From Ruditapes philippinarum (Eukaryota): a stretch of DNA of 64,000 nucleotides. Below are positions 1-14,100 of this stretch, one piece after another; within the stretch, counting starts at the first letter, position 1, and each line of letters starts with the position of its first letter. A program made the position numbers and the translations under genes. The stretch spans positions 1-64,000 of the forward strand of contig NW_026856538.1 of assembly GCF_026571515.1 (NCBI RefSeq), given 5' to 3'. The notes beneath the pieces are model-generated. The model worked only from the letters and a program-made list of their open reading frames with translations, was not told the DNA's origin and did no database searches.

Positions 1-1521
1 TATCTTATATAAAAAATGCAATAATTTGAATAATAGATACTCAATATTCAAAACGTAAGAAAAATAATGTGAAAGCCACTTCAACCCCAGATGGTAAAAT
101 GAAAACAAAATGAAATTAAATTTCAAGTAAAAGGTAAATACTAGTTAAATCAGGTTTAATATATAAATCCATTACTAATTTATTGACATCTATATTCCAG
201 AATTTTTTTTGGCAAAAGCGTCAATATATCGTGTTTCTTTGCATATTTTACTTTGTAGCGTTTCTAGCGCTGCAGCCATTATAAATAGGAAATACAATTT
301 ATTCATCATGGTCACGTGTAACAACAGTGATTCGCAAAAATCCCGGAATCCGGTACGCCCGAGGTCGTATATCACTGTTCGTTAATGAGTAGGCCCTAAT
401 CACATTTCAAGCTTAAGTTTAAGTCGATATGCTATATATGATACAATTAATCAATTACGATATTTTGTGCCACATATTACTACAAATCAGTTTTTTCGTT
501 TCACTTTATGCTTAATACACAATCCCGGATTCTGTACTGAATCACAGGTCGCGAGATTGTCCTGTTATATTACGTGGTGCTAGAAATAACCCAAATGCAA
601 TAAATCCGTTGTATAATAAAAGTAAACCATGTCGGCGGAAAAGCAATCAAAAGTGTTAAAATAAGAACATTTTAAAATGTCATTTCAATTTCATTGTTTT
701 TGAAGACAGATTTTGAAATATTAGTAAGACGGTAGTTTTTCTGTTGTGTCACTACGGTACGGAAATAGACTCAGCACGCTGTAGTTCAGAAAATAGTTAT
801 GTAAAATCTGAAGTGGCCCATTTCAAGTCATCCTTTGTTTATATTTTCAATTGTGGCATTTCGGAGTACTTAAAAGCTTGTTGCACCTTTGCAGAATTTT
901 ATTTCTGAGTGGAAGGATTCAGGAAATTGAAATGACATTTTAAAATGTTCTTTCATTCATATAAAAATGCAATTATTTGAATAATAGATTCTCAATAATT
1001 CAAAACGTAAGAAAAATAATGTGAAAGCCACTCACCCCCAGATGGTAAAATGAAAAAAAAAATGTATTAAAATTTCAAGTAAAAGGTAAATACTAGTTTA
1101 ATCAGGTTTAATATATAAATCCATTACTAATTTATTGGCATCTATATTCCAGAAAGATTGTTGGCAAAAGCGTCAATATATCGTGTTTCTTTGCATACTT
1201 TACTTTATAGCGTTTCTAGCGCTGCAGCCATTATAAATAGGAAATACAATTAATTCTTCATGGTCACGTGTAACAACAATGATTCGCAAAAAAACCGGAA
1301 TCCGGTACGTCCGATGTCGTATATCACTGTTCGTTAATGAGTAGGCCCTTATCATATGTCAAGCTTAAGTTTAAGTCGATATGCTATATATAATACAATT
1401 AATCAATTACGATATTTTGTGCCACATATTACTACAAATCAGTTTATTCGTTTCACTTTATGTTTAATACACAATCCCGGATTCTGTACTGAATCACAGG
1501 TCGCGAGATTGTCCTGTTATA
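1..1521. repeat. Direct duplication, about 570 bp copies (1-570 and about 957-1521)
   Basis: Near-identical blocks about 950 bp apart; the spacer holds a 30 bp inverted repeat (662-691 / 923-952). Confidence 0.85.
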
Positions 1522-2418
1522 TACAAGTCTTGGTTCGACAATCAACGGTAAATGGCGGTGATTTTATTCATTTTAATTAAAAAATATGAATGAGCGCTTG
1601 TTTTAATAATAAAAACAAACAATTCTAGTAGGGGAAAAAGTATAACCATCCATCCATATTTGTGTTCCTTACAGCGAAGTTATATTAGACCTGGCTTTTT
1701 TACATGTAAGCGGCCGCCATTTTTTTAAAGTTGTGTATTTCATGGGAGGAAAATATTTGTGTTTGATTCAGAGGAACATCATGGATTTGTTGGTCATACA
1801 CCTTTTTTAAAGAAAGAAAACTTATTTGAGGATTGTAACACACAATAAATAAGTATTGACAGAAGTGTAAACATTCAAAAAGCGGCTAGGAAATTAGAAA
1901 ACTTGGAAAGTTGAAAGGCTGCCTAACGAACGCTGGGTTGTTCACTTATTCTTCGGGCTGATGGCTGTCATTGCTTTTCAAGTTATCAAAAGCATACGGC
2001 AGTTATTGCTCGTACGATACTTAAATATGCACAAATGTCATCAAGAGCAGTTTTGCATGTGGAAGGAATGTATTTTTCAGACTGTAAAAATGAGAAAAAA
2101 AGAGACGATGTTTGGTGATTGGTAATTTGAATGAATAGAAGTAAGCTTTCTTCTTTTTATTACTTTTGACATTTAAGTTATATATCCATTTTAGCTTTGC
2201 TTTTCTCTTATCAGCCTGATATTGTCAGACATTGTCAGAATTGTCAGCAATAATAAAATTGAGGTACCACATGGGCAAAATCTTCAAATAAAGTAGTTTC
2301 GTCATTAAAAAATGAGAAATTATATTTTGACAATTTTCACTGTGAAATTATCAAATATAATTTTCACGGATCAGAAATCCACTGAAAAGCATAAAATAAA
2401 TCATGGTATTAAACTTAC

Positions 2419-2518
2419 CAAACACTTGTTGCTCTGTAAATGCCAGTATGTTTGTCATTATTACAACAGGAGTAGGAGCCATCTGAATGTCGGAACATGC
2501 TCTTCTCTCTATTAACAC
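2419..2518 (-). CDS. C3: C3 exon 26 (GVNREKSMFRHSDGSYSCCNNDKHTGIYRATSV(W))
   Basis: FRxxDGSYS TED motif; ends in split Trp codon before gtaagt. Confidence 0.9.
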
Positions 2519-5500
2519 CTACAACGATAGATTCGCGTTGATGAAGAACAGTGCTGTACGACGCTATGATGCAAAACAAACTATTGCTTGTTTGATTTTA
2601 TTGAAAGGCGAAACTGTTGCGAAGGGTTGCGTCCGTCCACTCCGTTAAGTAAACAAAAAGATGATAAACATTACAGAATAACTGATTTACCAGAAACATT
2701 CGTATAGACCCTGTGACATCTGGTTATTAAATAGATTTAAACAACAGAATAACAATGTACTAAAAATAGATATACATAAATGTGCAGGTAATGATGTCTA
2801 TCTGTGTGGCAAACAGTCTTTCATACAAGTATGTTACGATAGTTTCTTAAACTTCTTTCTCAATTCGTTAAAATTGCTTTTAGTAATTTGTCATGTAAAT
2901 GAAATTATTATTAACCAAATAATGTTAAAACAACTAGAGCCGGGAGATAACATGACTTAACCTTGCATGCATTTAAAGAATGTATTCCTACCATCTCGAA
3001 TATGAGTATTGCCGGTGACCTCATGATCTGCAGTGACCTGATTGGTTTGCTTCAGATACATCATGGCGTACACATTTGGGGCGGTTGTGGCAATCGTCTG
3101 CTCTCCACAACCATGTGGACATTGGAATAAGCTATCAACGCCGCTAAGTATGGTTTGCACTACGTTATCCATGACATTTGCTTTAATGAATTATGTAATA
3201 AATTAACGTGGGTTATAGTTAATGTAAAGTATGCATATACAAAACAACTGCGAGATAATCATAAATTATATCACATCGGAATTTCTTTACTTATTGGAGC
3301 CTTATCTCGTTTACAGATGAAAACAAATTTGGTTATGCAACTCAATAGAACATTTTCAAATATAGTTTCTGTAATATAAACAAACATTGTAGAAACTAGG
3401 ACTGAGTCAAGAAGTGTATGCTTTTTATATTGAGAAAGACAGGTTAATGTATCTTGAATAAATTTGGTATCCCGAATAAATATTTAAAGACAAATATTTT
3501 AGACAGACTAATAATTTTAACATTCTGTCAAGATAATTTCGTGGTTGTCTTATTATCATTGCTCCGCGCCCACAGGCACAGAACTATTTGTATTCATTAT
3601 TTACAGTTTCTACCAACAACAAAATGCAACGTTCAACTAACGTTTACCCCATGATTTACATTACTTTACATGCTATATTCTGAAGTTTATTTCTAAAAGT
3701 ACTTTTAAATGCAATCATAAAAGTACATGATTCCATCTCCATATATATGCGGGTTCCTATAAATTTTGTATGTTTTATTGTCACAATTCGTCATTATAAA
3801 CGACATACCTTGTAAATATGCTGTAGCCGATCCGGTGCCTTGGATTGCTATATTTGGTAATGAAAGGTCGACTATAGATACTTGCTGTGCATGTCCATTG
3901 TCGGAATATTTAACACCTGTGAATTAAAACATCCTTAAAACAATTTTGTCTTGTGAAATAGGTTTAATCAGAAAAATGACGCCTAAACTTGCAGACTTTG
4001 TGTTATTTAGCTTTTTATTAAACTTTAAACAATCAATTAAGGCTTTTATTCCAAAACCAGTAGGTAAAGAGCGTCATCAGACAACACGAATGATATGAAT
4101 TTATGCTGGCGGGAAAAGCTAATGGCTTTCAAAAGATCTACAAAAATAAAGATAATATCATGATAATTTTGTATTTTAAAATTATTACAGAGGCACAAGA
4201 AATTTTTAAAAGTATTGCATGTCAATAGTTTATATTTTACTTGCCGCCCTAAAGGGAACCTTATTATTCAACAGAAAATGTTACTTATTCTCACTTGTCT
4301 TAACTCTGTCGCTATCTTCACAATCTTCACGTTGCTCGTTTGGATCTAGACAAGCTTGAATTGTTATAATTTCCTGAATACCCTCGTTCTGTAAATAAAA
4401 ATGTGTGTGTATTATGACATCTTCTCTAAGACTTCTTCTCTGTTTGTGTAAAATGAACATAAAGGTATGTAATCAACAATATGCATACAAGTAGAATCCC
4501 TACTTAAGACCAGTCCAGAATTTAGTAGACCACCCGCTATTAGGACCACTTTTTAAATGGACGGGATTTTCTGTTCTTTATGTCAATGTTTACATGATCT
4601 AGAGTAAAGATCTCCTCACTTATACTCTTTTAAGACCACCAGGTTCAGTCCCAATTCTTTGTTTTGTTCTTTAAATGACCCCACTATTGAGACCACTGAC
4701 ATTAAAATACAACACCTACCCGATCTGAAATGTGTTGTTATGTTATTATTATATGCTTGAATGCTCTTAGGCATGTCACTTGACTTCACTAGTTGTCAAA
4801 ACTGTTATTATTGGGATATTGCATGAAGTAAAGTGTAAGTATTTTTTTAGTAATCTAACATTGCTTAATTTAATCAAGAAAGTCTTTCTTTTGTGGAGAA
4901 ACAACAGTTCTGATGGTTTGCTATCATTCCAAGATAATTGGAAAACAATACTGCAACAAAAGAATATATATTATTGTTACGCATATGATAGTTCTATAGA
5001 AATGAATGAAAGCTTTAATAAGACATACCACAACATAGAGATTTTTTTCGATTATGTCAACCATTGGCATTCCCGCTTCGGTGACGATGGCTGTAATTTT
5101 CACCGAAAATTTTCCCGCTTTCAATGGTATCAAAGGAAATCGGACAGTTGTGGCACTATTTGGACCTACTTCGATTACTTTTCTTGGCGAGGGCTTACCC
5201 GGTGCTGTACCATAACATAAACCTTCCACTGCCTCCAAGTACATGTTTGCCTTGAATGTAACACAAGAGAATGTTCAATGAAATTTAAACTGCAAGTTCA
5301 ACTCAAAAATAGATCCAACTTCAATATCAAATCATTTAATTAACCACGTTATGCACAGAAAATGTCCTCGAAACACTTATGATGAATAACAACTTTCGTT
5401 CAGAAGCATATAAATATTAGTACTTGTTCAGATTTTTAAATTATATATAGCTATTGTGAGTTTCCTCTACTGATTATTTTAATTGATAATTGAAACAGAC

Positions 5501-8150
5501 CCCTTAACAGTTTTGGCTGTGCTTTATTAAACAGTAACGGCGCATTACAAGATGACAATCCTGATATGACTTTTGGAAAAAAAAAAACATGCCTTCTAAA
5601 AACACGAAACTGACTTTCTTTTTATAGGATAGATTAAACCCTCTCTAAAAGTATTTTCCTCTGTCATTTTCTATTTGTAAATTCTTTTCAATTTTATATA
5701 CATTTTTTACGATTTTACATTGATTGAATCCACTGTATATTTGTGCATTACAGCAGATGTGATTTATGGATATCAAATATACTTTATCCAGAGTCGGAAA
5801 TAGTATGTAAAATTCTGTTTAGAATTGAACAATATAATGTATAATGTCATTTTGGTTCGCCATTTTGATAAGCTGTCACATAGTAATGATATATTTATTT
5901 TCCTTACTGACTTAGGTGGATCATTTTCCTGTCCGTAATTAAACAGTGTAGCTTTCACGTCAAATAATTCAAATCTTGTTGCTTTGTATGGAAGGTCTAG
6001 TTGGATGAAGAACTTCCTAAAGACTCTAACATCTACTGGATCAGCAATACACATCCCAATGTTTTCAGTTATTCCTTAATAGGAAAATACAAAGTTAGCC
6101 TACTCGGTTGACCAAACTAACTTCTATTATGTCGTGAAACATAGTTATACTACTAATATAATTATGTGCATGTATCAACACCAAAACATAATAAATGGCT
6201 ATAACTGTATGTATAATGTAATAAATGGCAATTAGTATATAGGTATAATCAAGACCATGTCATGATTAATGACAAGTTTATATCTATAACATTAGTTTTA
6301 AATTCTGGAAAATGCCTTGCTTAACCACACATATATAAAGGAAGGGCAGCTAAAAGTCGAAAAGTTTCATTCAATTTTCAAAGAAATAGAACTGGCGTAA
6401 ACCTGAGTATATTTTGGTTACACTGACTTAACGCAAACGTAGCTTAATTACACTGATAAGAGATTCTTTATTGAATAAAAGTACATACGCGTTATTTGAT
6501 ATTAAAAGTCATCTTAAAAGGGGAAATTAAGAAACTAAAGCAGTGAAAGTTTTAAAATACATACCAATAGCTTGTATCATCCATTCTGTTATTGAATCCG
6601 GGTATATATATACTTTACTTTCTTGTCCATTTCTAAAATTGAAAGTGATCTTTATAGTTATCAAAGTGTAAAACTATGAAAAAAGAAACCTTTTGAGCGT
6701 AATCAGAATGTTTGTGGCATGTAAACAACAGATCAATAAAAACACTAAAAATACATTTTCTAGAAGTTGAATTAAAACTTATACTGTAGTAATAGAGAGA
6801 TGTTGCAGTTGACAATGAAACTGGTCAGCAAATGTAAACTTGTTCCTTAACAATACAGTACAGGATCATCATTTTATAAATGTGTTCGTTGTCTGCCCCC
6901 TGGATTCAAAAATACTTATCCAGAGTTTGCTGGTTCGATCATCGGGCGAGACGATATTTCTCCGTGAAAAGGTTTAGCGGACATTTATTCCGGAATCTTA
7001 TAGTCATTTGTCTTCCGCAACTGAATCAGACCTCAAATACTTCTAGATGTCGATCACTATCTATCTATCAATCTATCTATCTCTGGATACTGCCAACCCC
7101 TCTTACGAGTGTTACAGGCAGGTATACATTGTATACATTTAAGAAACAGCTTTAAGATACAAGGGAATCCGGGAACCAGTCCCTAGCTCTTATTGAATAG
7201 ACCCCTTGGTTCTTTTACATGCCCAGTGTATAGCACTGATACATGCGAGGATTTCCTGGATTTCTTACCAGTACACCTCTATGTAGGTGGGAAACACTGA
7301 AAGTGTCTCTGAAAAATCCCAAGGGTGTAACCCAGGATCGAACCCGGGACCTGAGGAGTGATAGTCAGTGGTTTAACCAACTGAGCTATTTTTATTCACT
7401 TTTATTATTTCTGGTTATTTATTCACACGCGCAGCTGTTGCACTTTTTTTACTATGCGATCCCTCACCAAGTATAATATAGATTATTGCAATGACGGTCT
7501 GGTAATTTTATTTTCAAAACATAATCCAAATTGCCTCCTACAAGCACGTGAGCAGCATGACGAAACCGGTTTCTTTATACAAAAATCAAATAGGTAAACC
7601 AAATGAAAATCGAATAGGTAAACCAAATGAAAATCAAAAAGGTAAACCAAATGAAAATCAAATAGGTTACCCAAATGCTGAATTACAGTAACAGACGTGT
7701 ATTGTTACAAATGTATGCTAGAATAGTGCGTCTTTTTTATAAATCCTAGCCCTGCGAGTTTTGGCTTTAAATGTGTTTTCATTTTTCCACTGAAAAAGTG
7801 CATTATATTACCCCCCTATTATAATTAAAATGAAAGCAGTTGTTTCAGTGATGATAATAATGATAGCATGTATGTTAATAATACATGTTACTATTTACAT
7901 GTAAGTAAAAAAAACTGTAATGGTAATTTACTATGTACTAACATATCTAACTGCACTTCTTCAAACATGAAGGACTCCCTGAAATCAGTTCGTTTATGAG
8001 GCCTTGCATTCTCGTTTGCGAGGAACTCTAAATCTTTTGCATAATGACTGACGTCTTCTAATGACCTGGACGAAAGTTGAGTAACCTCTAAAATGTATAG
8101 TAATTATTATACCCTATGCATAATTGTTATTAACAAAAGAAAATCAAAAC

Positions 8151-8185
<35 letters not shown>

Positions 8186-11100
8186 TTCATTACAGAAACG
8201 CTTTATACCATTGATTGCAGAACACTCGACAATATTTTTTTTCAGAAAGATACGAGGGTTGTTCAAAAAGGAATAGGACAGCAGCTCTACTATTCACATT
8301 TTTTAATTTACGTACATAATTGTACAAGAAACAAATATCGGAACATGTTCTCTATATACAGTGAAAAAATCAATACAAAATGTTAACAAATAAAAATTCT
8401 ATAAAATTTTCAAATGACAAGGGGTACGAAACCCGGCGCACGCTGACACTACAATAAATGACGTTCATGACGTCGTCAAATAAGTATAAAATATAACAAG
8501 TGTCATCCATCCTGAAAATATTCTTCCTAGTGCTCTAGGTGTCTGAATCATGTAGCCATGATCAGGTCTCATATGTACAGATTAAGCGAGAAAGAAAGCG
8601 ATCACAATTTCATTCAACTCTCTAAGAAAAATGCCCGATAGCCGGCCATTCTTCACTTTTCTCGAATATCTGGGAACTCAACAAGCATGGACTTAAAATG
8701 CTAATGGAAAAGCGATTTATATAGTTAATGTATGTCATCGTACGTTTTTAAAACAAAATGATTATATAAAGTTAAATAAAATTATTTATCAAATTGAAAA
8801 TTATCATTTATTAAAACAAATTGGGGGGAAATACAACTAATCATTACCGTTAATCATTGTTATATTGATTAATTAAAACCAATCATATCTATCATGAGAT
8901 ACAATAAAATGGTGTTTGATAAAAACGACTTATATAAATCCTAAGCTGACAACTGAATAAGTAGACCCGAAGCAGACAAAAAAGTACCGGACAGTCTGCG
9001 TACCGTTTACCGTCGATCCATTTACAGCGCTTTTGCAATTGACGTCACCAAAGTCCCGTCAATTTTCCGCTTTCATCCTCACACTTTCCTGTTACAGATT
9101 TTGAATTCGCCATTTTTAAATTGATTGTACCAGCTAAAAACGAGTGTCCTGATGGCAGGATAATTTTCCTTTCTTAATTTTATCATTTTGTATGTATCTG
9201 AAAGAATATTGCCAATTGGTTGGCACAATTTAACGATCGCACGAATTTATGTTTGTTACTGAGTGCCGTATTTTTACATTCAACGGCATGACCACAGCTG
9301 TTCAAAATTAAATAATTATGCCATTTCATGCCCGAATGTCGTCAAATTTAGATATAATGTCACTTAAATGTAAATTAATGTGTTGGTGGAATATATTGAC
9401 ACACAATGTATAAATTATTAAATAATTAGAAGTACAACTTAGCTTCAATAACTATTTTTATGTGCTGCGCCGGGTGCGTGTTACCATGGTTATTTAATAT
9501 TAAACTAAATGCTCGTTCATCACAATAAATTTATAAACTTATGCATAAATTGTAGAAAACATTTTACAATTCCTATACATATGAAAATGTTCTAAATTGG
9601 ATGAAACATGAATATGCAAGACATTCAGTCCTATTTCTTTTTGAACAACCCTCGTATGTGCAGTGAGTAAAACAGTAAATAATAATAAATTACAGCATAC
9701 AAAATTTTATAGTATGTAATATAAAAAATATTTGACGTTGAATTTCATAATGGTCGCAATAAATGTATTGTCTACTGACATGTGATAGATCAAATATAAA
9801 AATAATAAATACATTTTTTTTTGTTTTGGGGTTTTACGTCACATCGACACAGTATATGTCATATCGCGACGTTCCAGCTTTACTGGTGGAGGAAGACCTC
9901 AGGTGCCCTTCCGTGCATTATTTCAGGCACGAACGGGCACCTGAGTAGAACCACCGACGTTCCGTAAGCTAGCTGGATAGCTTCCTCACATGAAAGAATC
10001 CAAAGTCCCTGTCGGGATTTGAACCCACAGCGGTGAGGGGCAAGTGGTTTGATAATAAATAGATGTTTGCACTTTGGGCTTTGATACGTTTACAAGCAGC
10101 GGTGATTTTTTATTAGTGAAAGCAGCGGTGATTTATATATTAGTGAAATATAATTTCATAACAATATCTATTGATCAATATTAAAAGCAATATTTGATTT
10201 TCAAAAACACAGAAAGTAAATTTGCATACATGCTTTTTTTAAATGAATTATATTTAAGTTTCTGATAAACATAGAAATGTTATTTTAAAATTGTATGCTA
10301 GACAACACCAGGGTAATTTTGTTAAGTCCGACTATTTCAAACCCATATTAGGGTAGGTAGGTTAAGCAATAGTATAGTACTTGATAATGTCGCAAATTAT
10401 AAGGACAATGCCACGTGAAATATAACAAGACCTGTCCGCGAACACCGCACTAAAGTTTCCTGGTGATGGATAGTTAAATAAAAGAAACAGAAAACTTTGC
10501 AAAAAAGGAATTGTATGGTTATCTGCATTTTGAAGTCGCATCCTTAAATGATAAAATAAATTATATATCAAGTTGGAAATTTATAGCTTTAATATTTTCT
10601 TAGAAATTGGAATTTAGAAGAAGAATTTAACCAACACGAGAAGGTCATGACAGTTGTTCCACTTTTTTCTTATGCAAGTGGAGCTTATCAAGACATGTAT
10701 TACATATACTAATTAGTATGAATAAAAAATTGAAATACTCGAAATAATCGAAATAAAAAGTAATATTTACAATGTGAATGACTCAGTATACTTACCGGAA
10801 ATCAATGACTCCATCTCATCTATACATGAGTGTAAGATAGACTGGATGCATCTGATTTCATAGTGGTTTGTTTTAAATGATTTCTTTGCAGCAGAGTAGC
10901 ACAATGTGTACGAATCTAATTTTGCCCTTTCTTCTTTTGCAGTTTCGTTGATAACTGTCTCAGCATACCATCTACCATATATACAACATCGCTCATCAGC
11001 ACCATTGCAATCTATAATAGAGAATTAGAAATAATAAATGTGAACAAATAATGCTACACATACACCATCTCAGTAGTTAAAAGGGCTAATGCACATTTGT

Positions 11101-14100
11101 CTTGCATGAACAACTGCAGAAGCAAGAAAATAAGCATATATTCCATGATATTTGATAAATCCTAGGGCCTCTGCGCTCAGGTCCTAAAAAATTAAACTTT
11201 GTCTAATAGAAATTACAATTCCAAAAATCAAGTCTCCGAAAAGTAGATGTCTGAATACACTTTGCCTTGTTTAAATTTGAGTTCAGATATAATATTTAAA
11301 GTACATAAAATTGAAATAAGGTTCAATATGAAAAAATATTTCTGAAACAAACACTTAAATTCCACAATTCTGATTCTAAAGAAAATAAGAAAATACCATC
11401 AGCAGAACGTCTTTTACGAGCGTTTGAATCACATCCTTCTTGTTCACGGTACATATCTGGATCAACATCGGCGTTGGTCAAAATAGAAAATCCTGCGTTC
11501 TGTAAAAGAGGTTTTATAAATATGCGTAGTCAATAGTTGAACATTATAGTGATAAATAGATATGAATATAATGCAAAACGTAATGACTTGATGTCAAACC
11601 AACCATACCCTTTTTATATTAAGGAGTATATTATTTTTTTTTAATTTGCACGACTAATTTATTGTAGCAACATCAGATTAATGTTCACTTTATAAAGACC
11701 CTGATCACAGTTATTGAAATAGACGAAATCGGCTCATTCCAAAACATTTTTTAATTTTTTTGTTTTCTTTTCTGGCAAACATATCTTTCAATTACACTAA
11801 AGATGACATTAACAACAACAAAAATACATACCTGAGACATAGCGGTGATACTGTGATAACATATAGTAAATAAGGCTTAGAAATAAACATAAAAAACACA
11901 GATGTGGTCTATTATGATACTGTAATTTTGTAACGTCAATTATGACGTTTATATAAACTATATATATGGCTGATGTTAATTTATGGATTAATTTCTTTTT
12001 CACTTCGAAGTTTGCTGCATAAAAATTCGTTGCAAAAATTTTGGCACTCCGGTAGAATGAACAGATACACAGTGTAACAAATCGAGAATCTTTATAGGTA
12101 AATAATGTAATTAGAGAAAACTTAAATCATAGCGGTGGAAATAATTTGTTGATATCATACTAAGGGACAAACGTGAACAATAGTGACTATTATTATTGTA
12201 GAAATTACTCGTTTTGCTGGCGGCTTAGGCGGCGCTGTTGTTCTAATCATTTCAAGCCACTATACTATAATAGACACAATTATTGACACACTTACCTTAA
12301 AAACATCTCCATTATTTTTACCACTTCCTTCACCGCATCCAAGGTCATGTGACCTTAAAACATCGAACATCTAAAATGTAAATATCACCGATTGTGTTTG
12401 TTTCTTTATCAAAGTTTATCAAAGTTCTATTCAGTATCTACAAAAGTTCTTGGTAAGCCCGATTGATGAATTGCAAAAGAAGTATCTGTTATGCATAGTT
12501 ATATTCTGGCTCGTAAAAAGGAATTGTGAGCCTTTTAAACAAATAGATTAAGTTATTTTTACGGAATGATTTTTGTCACATAATGGGAAAGTATTATTTT
12601 ATGTTTTGCAAATCAATTTACTTAATGGGAATCGCATTCACTATATTCTGACACTTTTGGGCACTCGAGCATAAGCCAACTCTCACAGTTTTTGGTCATA
12701 TATCGGTTGTTGATCTACCTAACCGACTTTCCTGAATTTATTACCAATAATTCCCAATTTCTTCATAATTGATCGACTACTAACCCCACATGCATTTTTG
12801 ACTAGCGTTAAGAAACACAAATGATTGTCATGGAAATATTTCGCCTCACTGGAGCCTCGCCTGGCATATGAGAAGACGATACAGCAAGACGATTTATAGA
12901 CTTCTCAGAACTGTTTTAGTTTTGAAATATTCACAAATACCTTACATTAAAAAGAAAATAAAGAAGTTATTTATTGAATCAAAGAAATAGAGAAAGTTAA
13001 CTATCATAGTGCACGTCTCAAAGAAGATTTATCCTACCTTATTTTTCACCAAAATGTTTTTATCATTTAGAAGCAGCAAGGCCTTATCCATGGCATTGAG
13101 GCCAACCCAAGAAAAAGGAGTTCCAGTTATAGTCAGCTTATCCGCTGTTCCAGGTAACGGCGCAACAGTATTAGGTTTTAAAGTTAACTACAATTATAAA
13201 AGTAATAACTGTCATCTAAGTGGAAATATGTTTAAAACTCTTTGTTATTTCGTGTATTAATTGTGTAGAACAAACAATCTGCAGTAAGCTAGCTAGTTCC
13301 AGATAGAACTCAAAAGCAAAGCGGAGAGGTGCATGTGACTTAAAGATCACCCTGCCACGGATTCCCTTAAGCGTTAGATTTGGCAGAACAAATGCCCTAC
13401 CTATTTGGATTTGATATGAAATAATTCAAAGGCATCGGCAGAATTCAAATTAACAGATATTCGAGGAGGTCCATCATAAACGCATCTGAGGAATGATTTA
13501 TACCTTTATTTTAATATTTCATTTTTATCTTAGAAATAAAGCATATATGTTGCATATATATTTGCATGATAAACATACCCCTTTTCCTCTACATTTTGCA
13601 TCAACGTCAATTTTGATAGAGTCTGCGACAACCTTGTGCGAGTTTTCGTCTACGTAAAACACCAACAGCCTTGCTGTGGGATTGATTAATTCTTGCAAAA
13701 TTTCATCAATTTGTTCGACTGCTTTGTTGCTAGCTTGCTTGAAAACCGCATGGACAACTTTACCTCTTGTTACAACCTAAAACCAGGTCAATAAAATACA
13801 GTTAACATACGGAATATAATAATCCTTAACTAAATATATTTTCTCCGTCTTATTGCAGCTGTTGTATCATTTCAATGTAAGCCATTTTCTTCAAATACTT
13901 TTCGGAACATTCATTGTTCGAGTAATTGAAACGAAAAAAATAGATATTAAGATTAACACATAGTTTTACGGCCTGACACTTGTACATGGTTAACTAATAC
14001 CCTGTGTCACACTAAAACAGCCTAAAAAATCAAAGTACCGAACATTTGTTTCGGCATTGTATACAATTATCACGAGTAATTACGTCAGCTAGCAGCCGTG

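Noticed and set aside
4780-5220. Plus-strand 146 aa ORF and similar ORFs at 13009 and 15944
   Set aside because: Antisense shadows of C3 exons with no recognisable features
12296-12370. GCGEG as a second thioester site
   Set aside because: It is the LNK-region DLGCxxGxG motif and lacks the Gln
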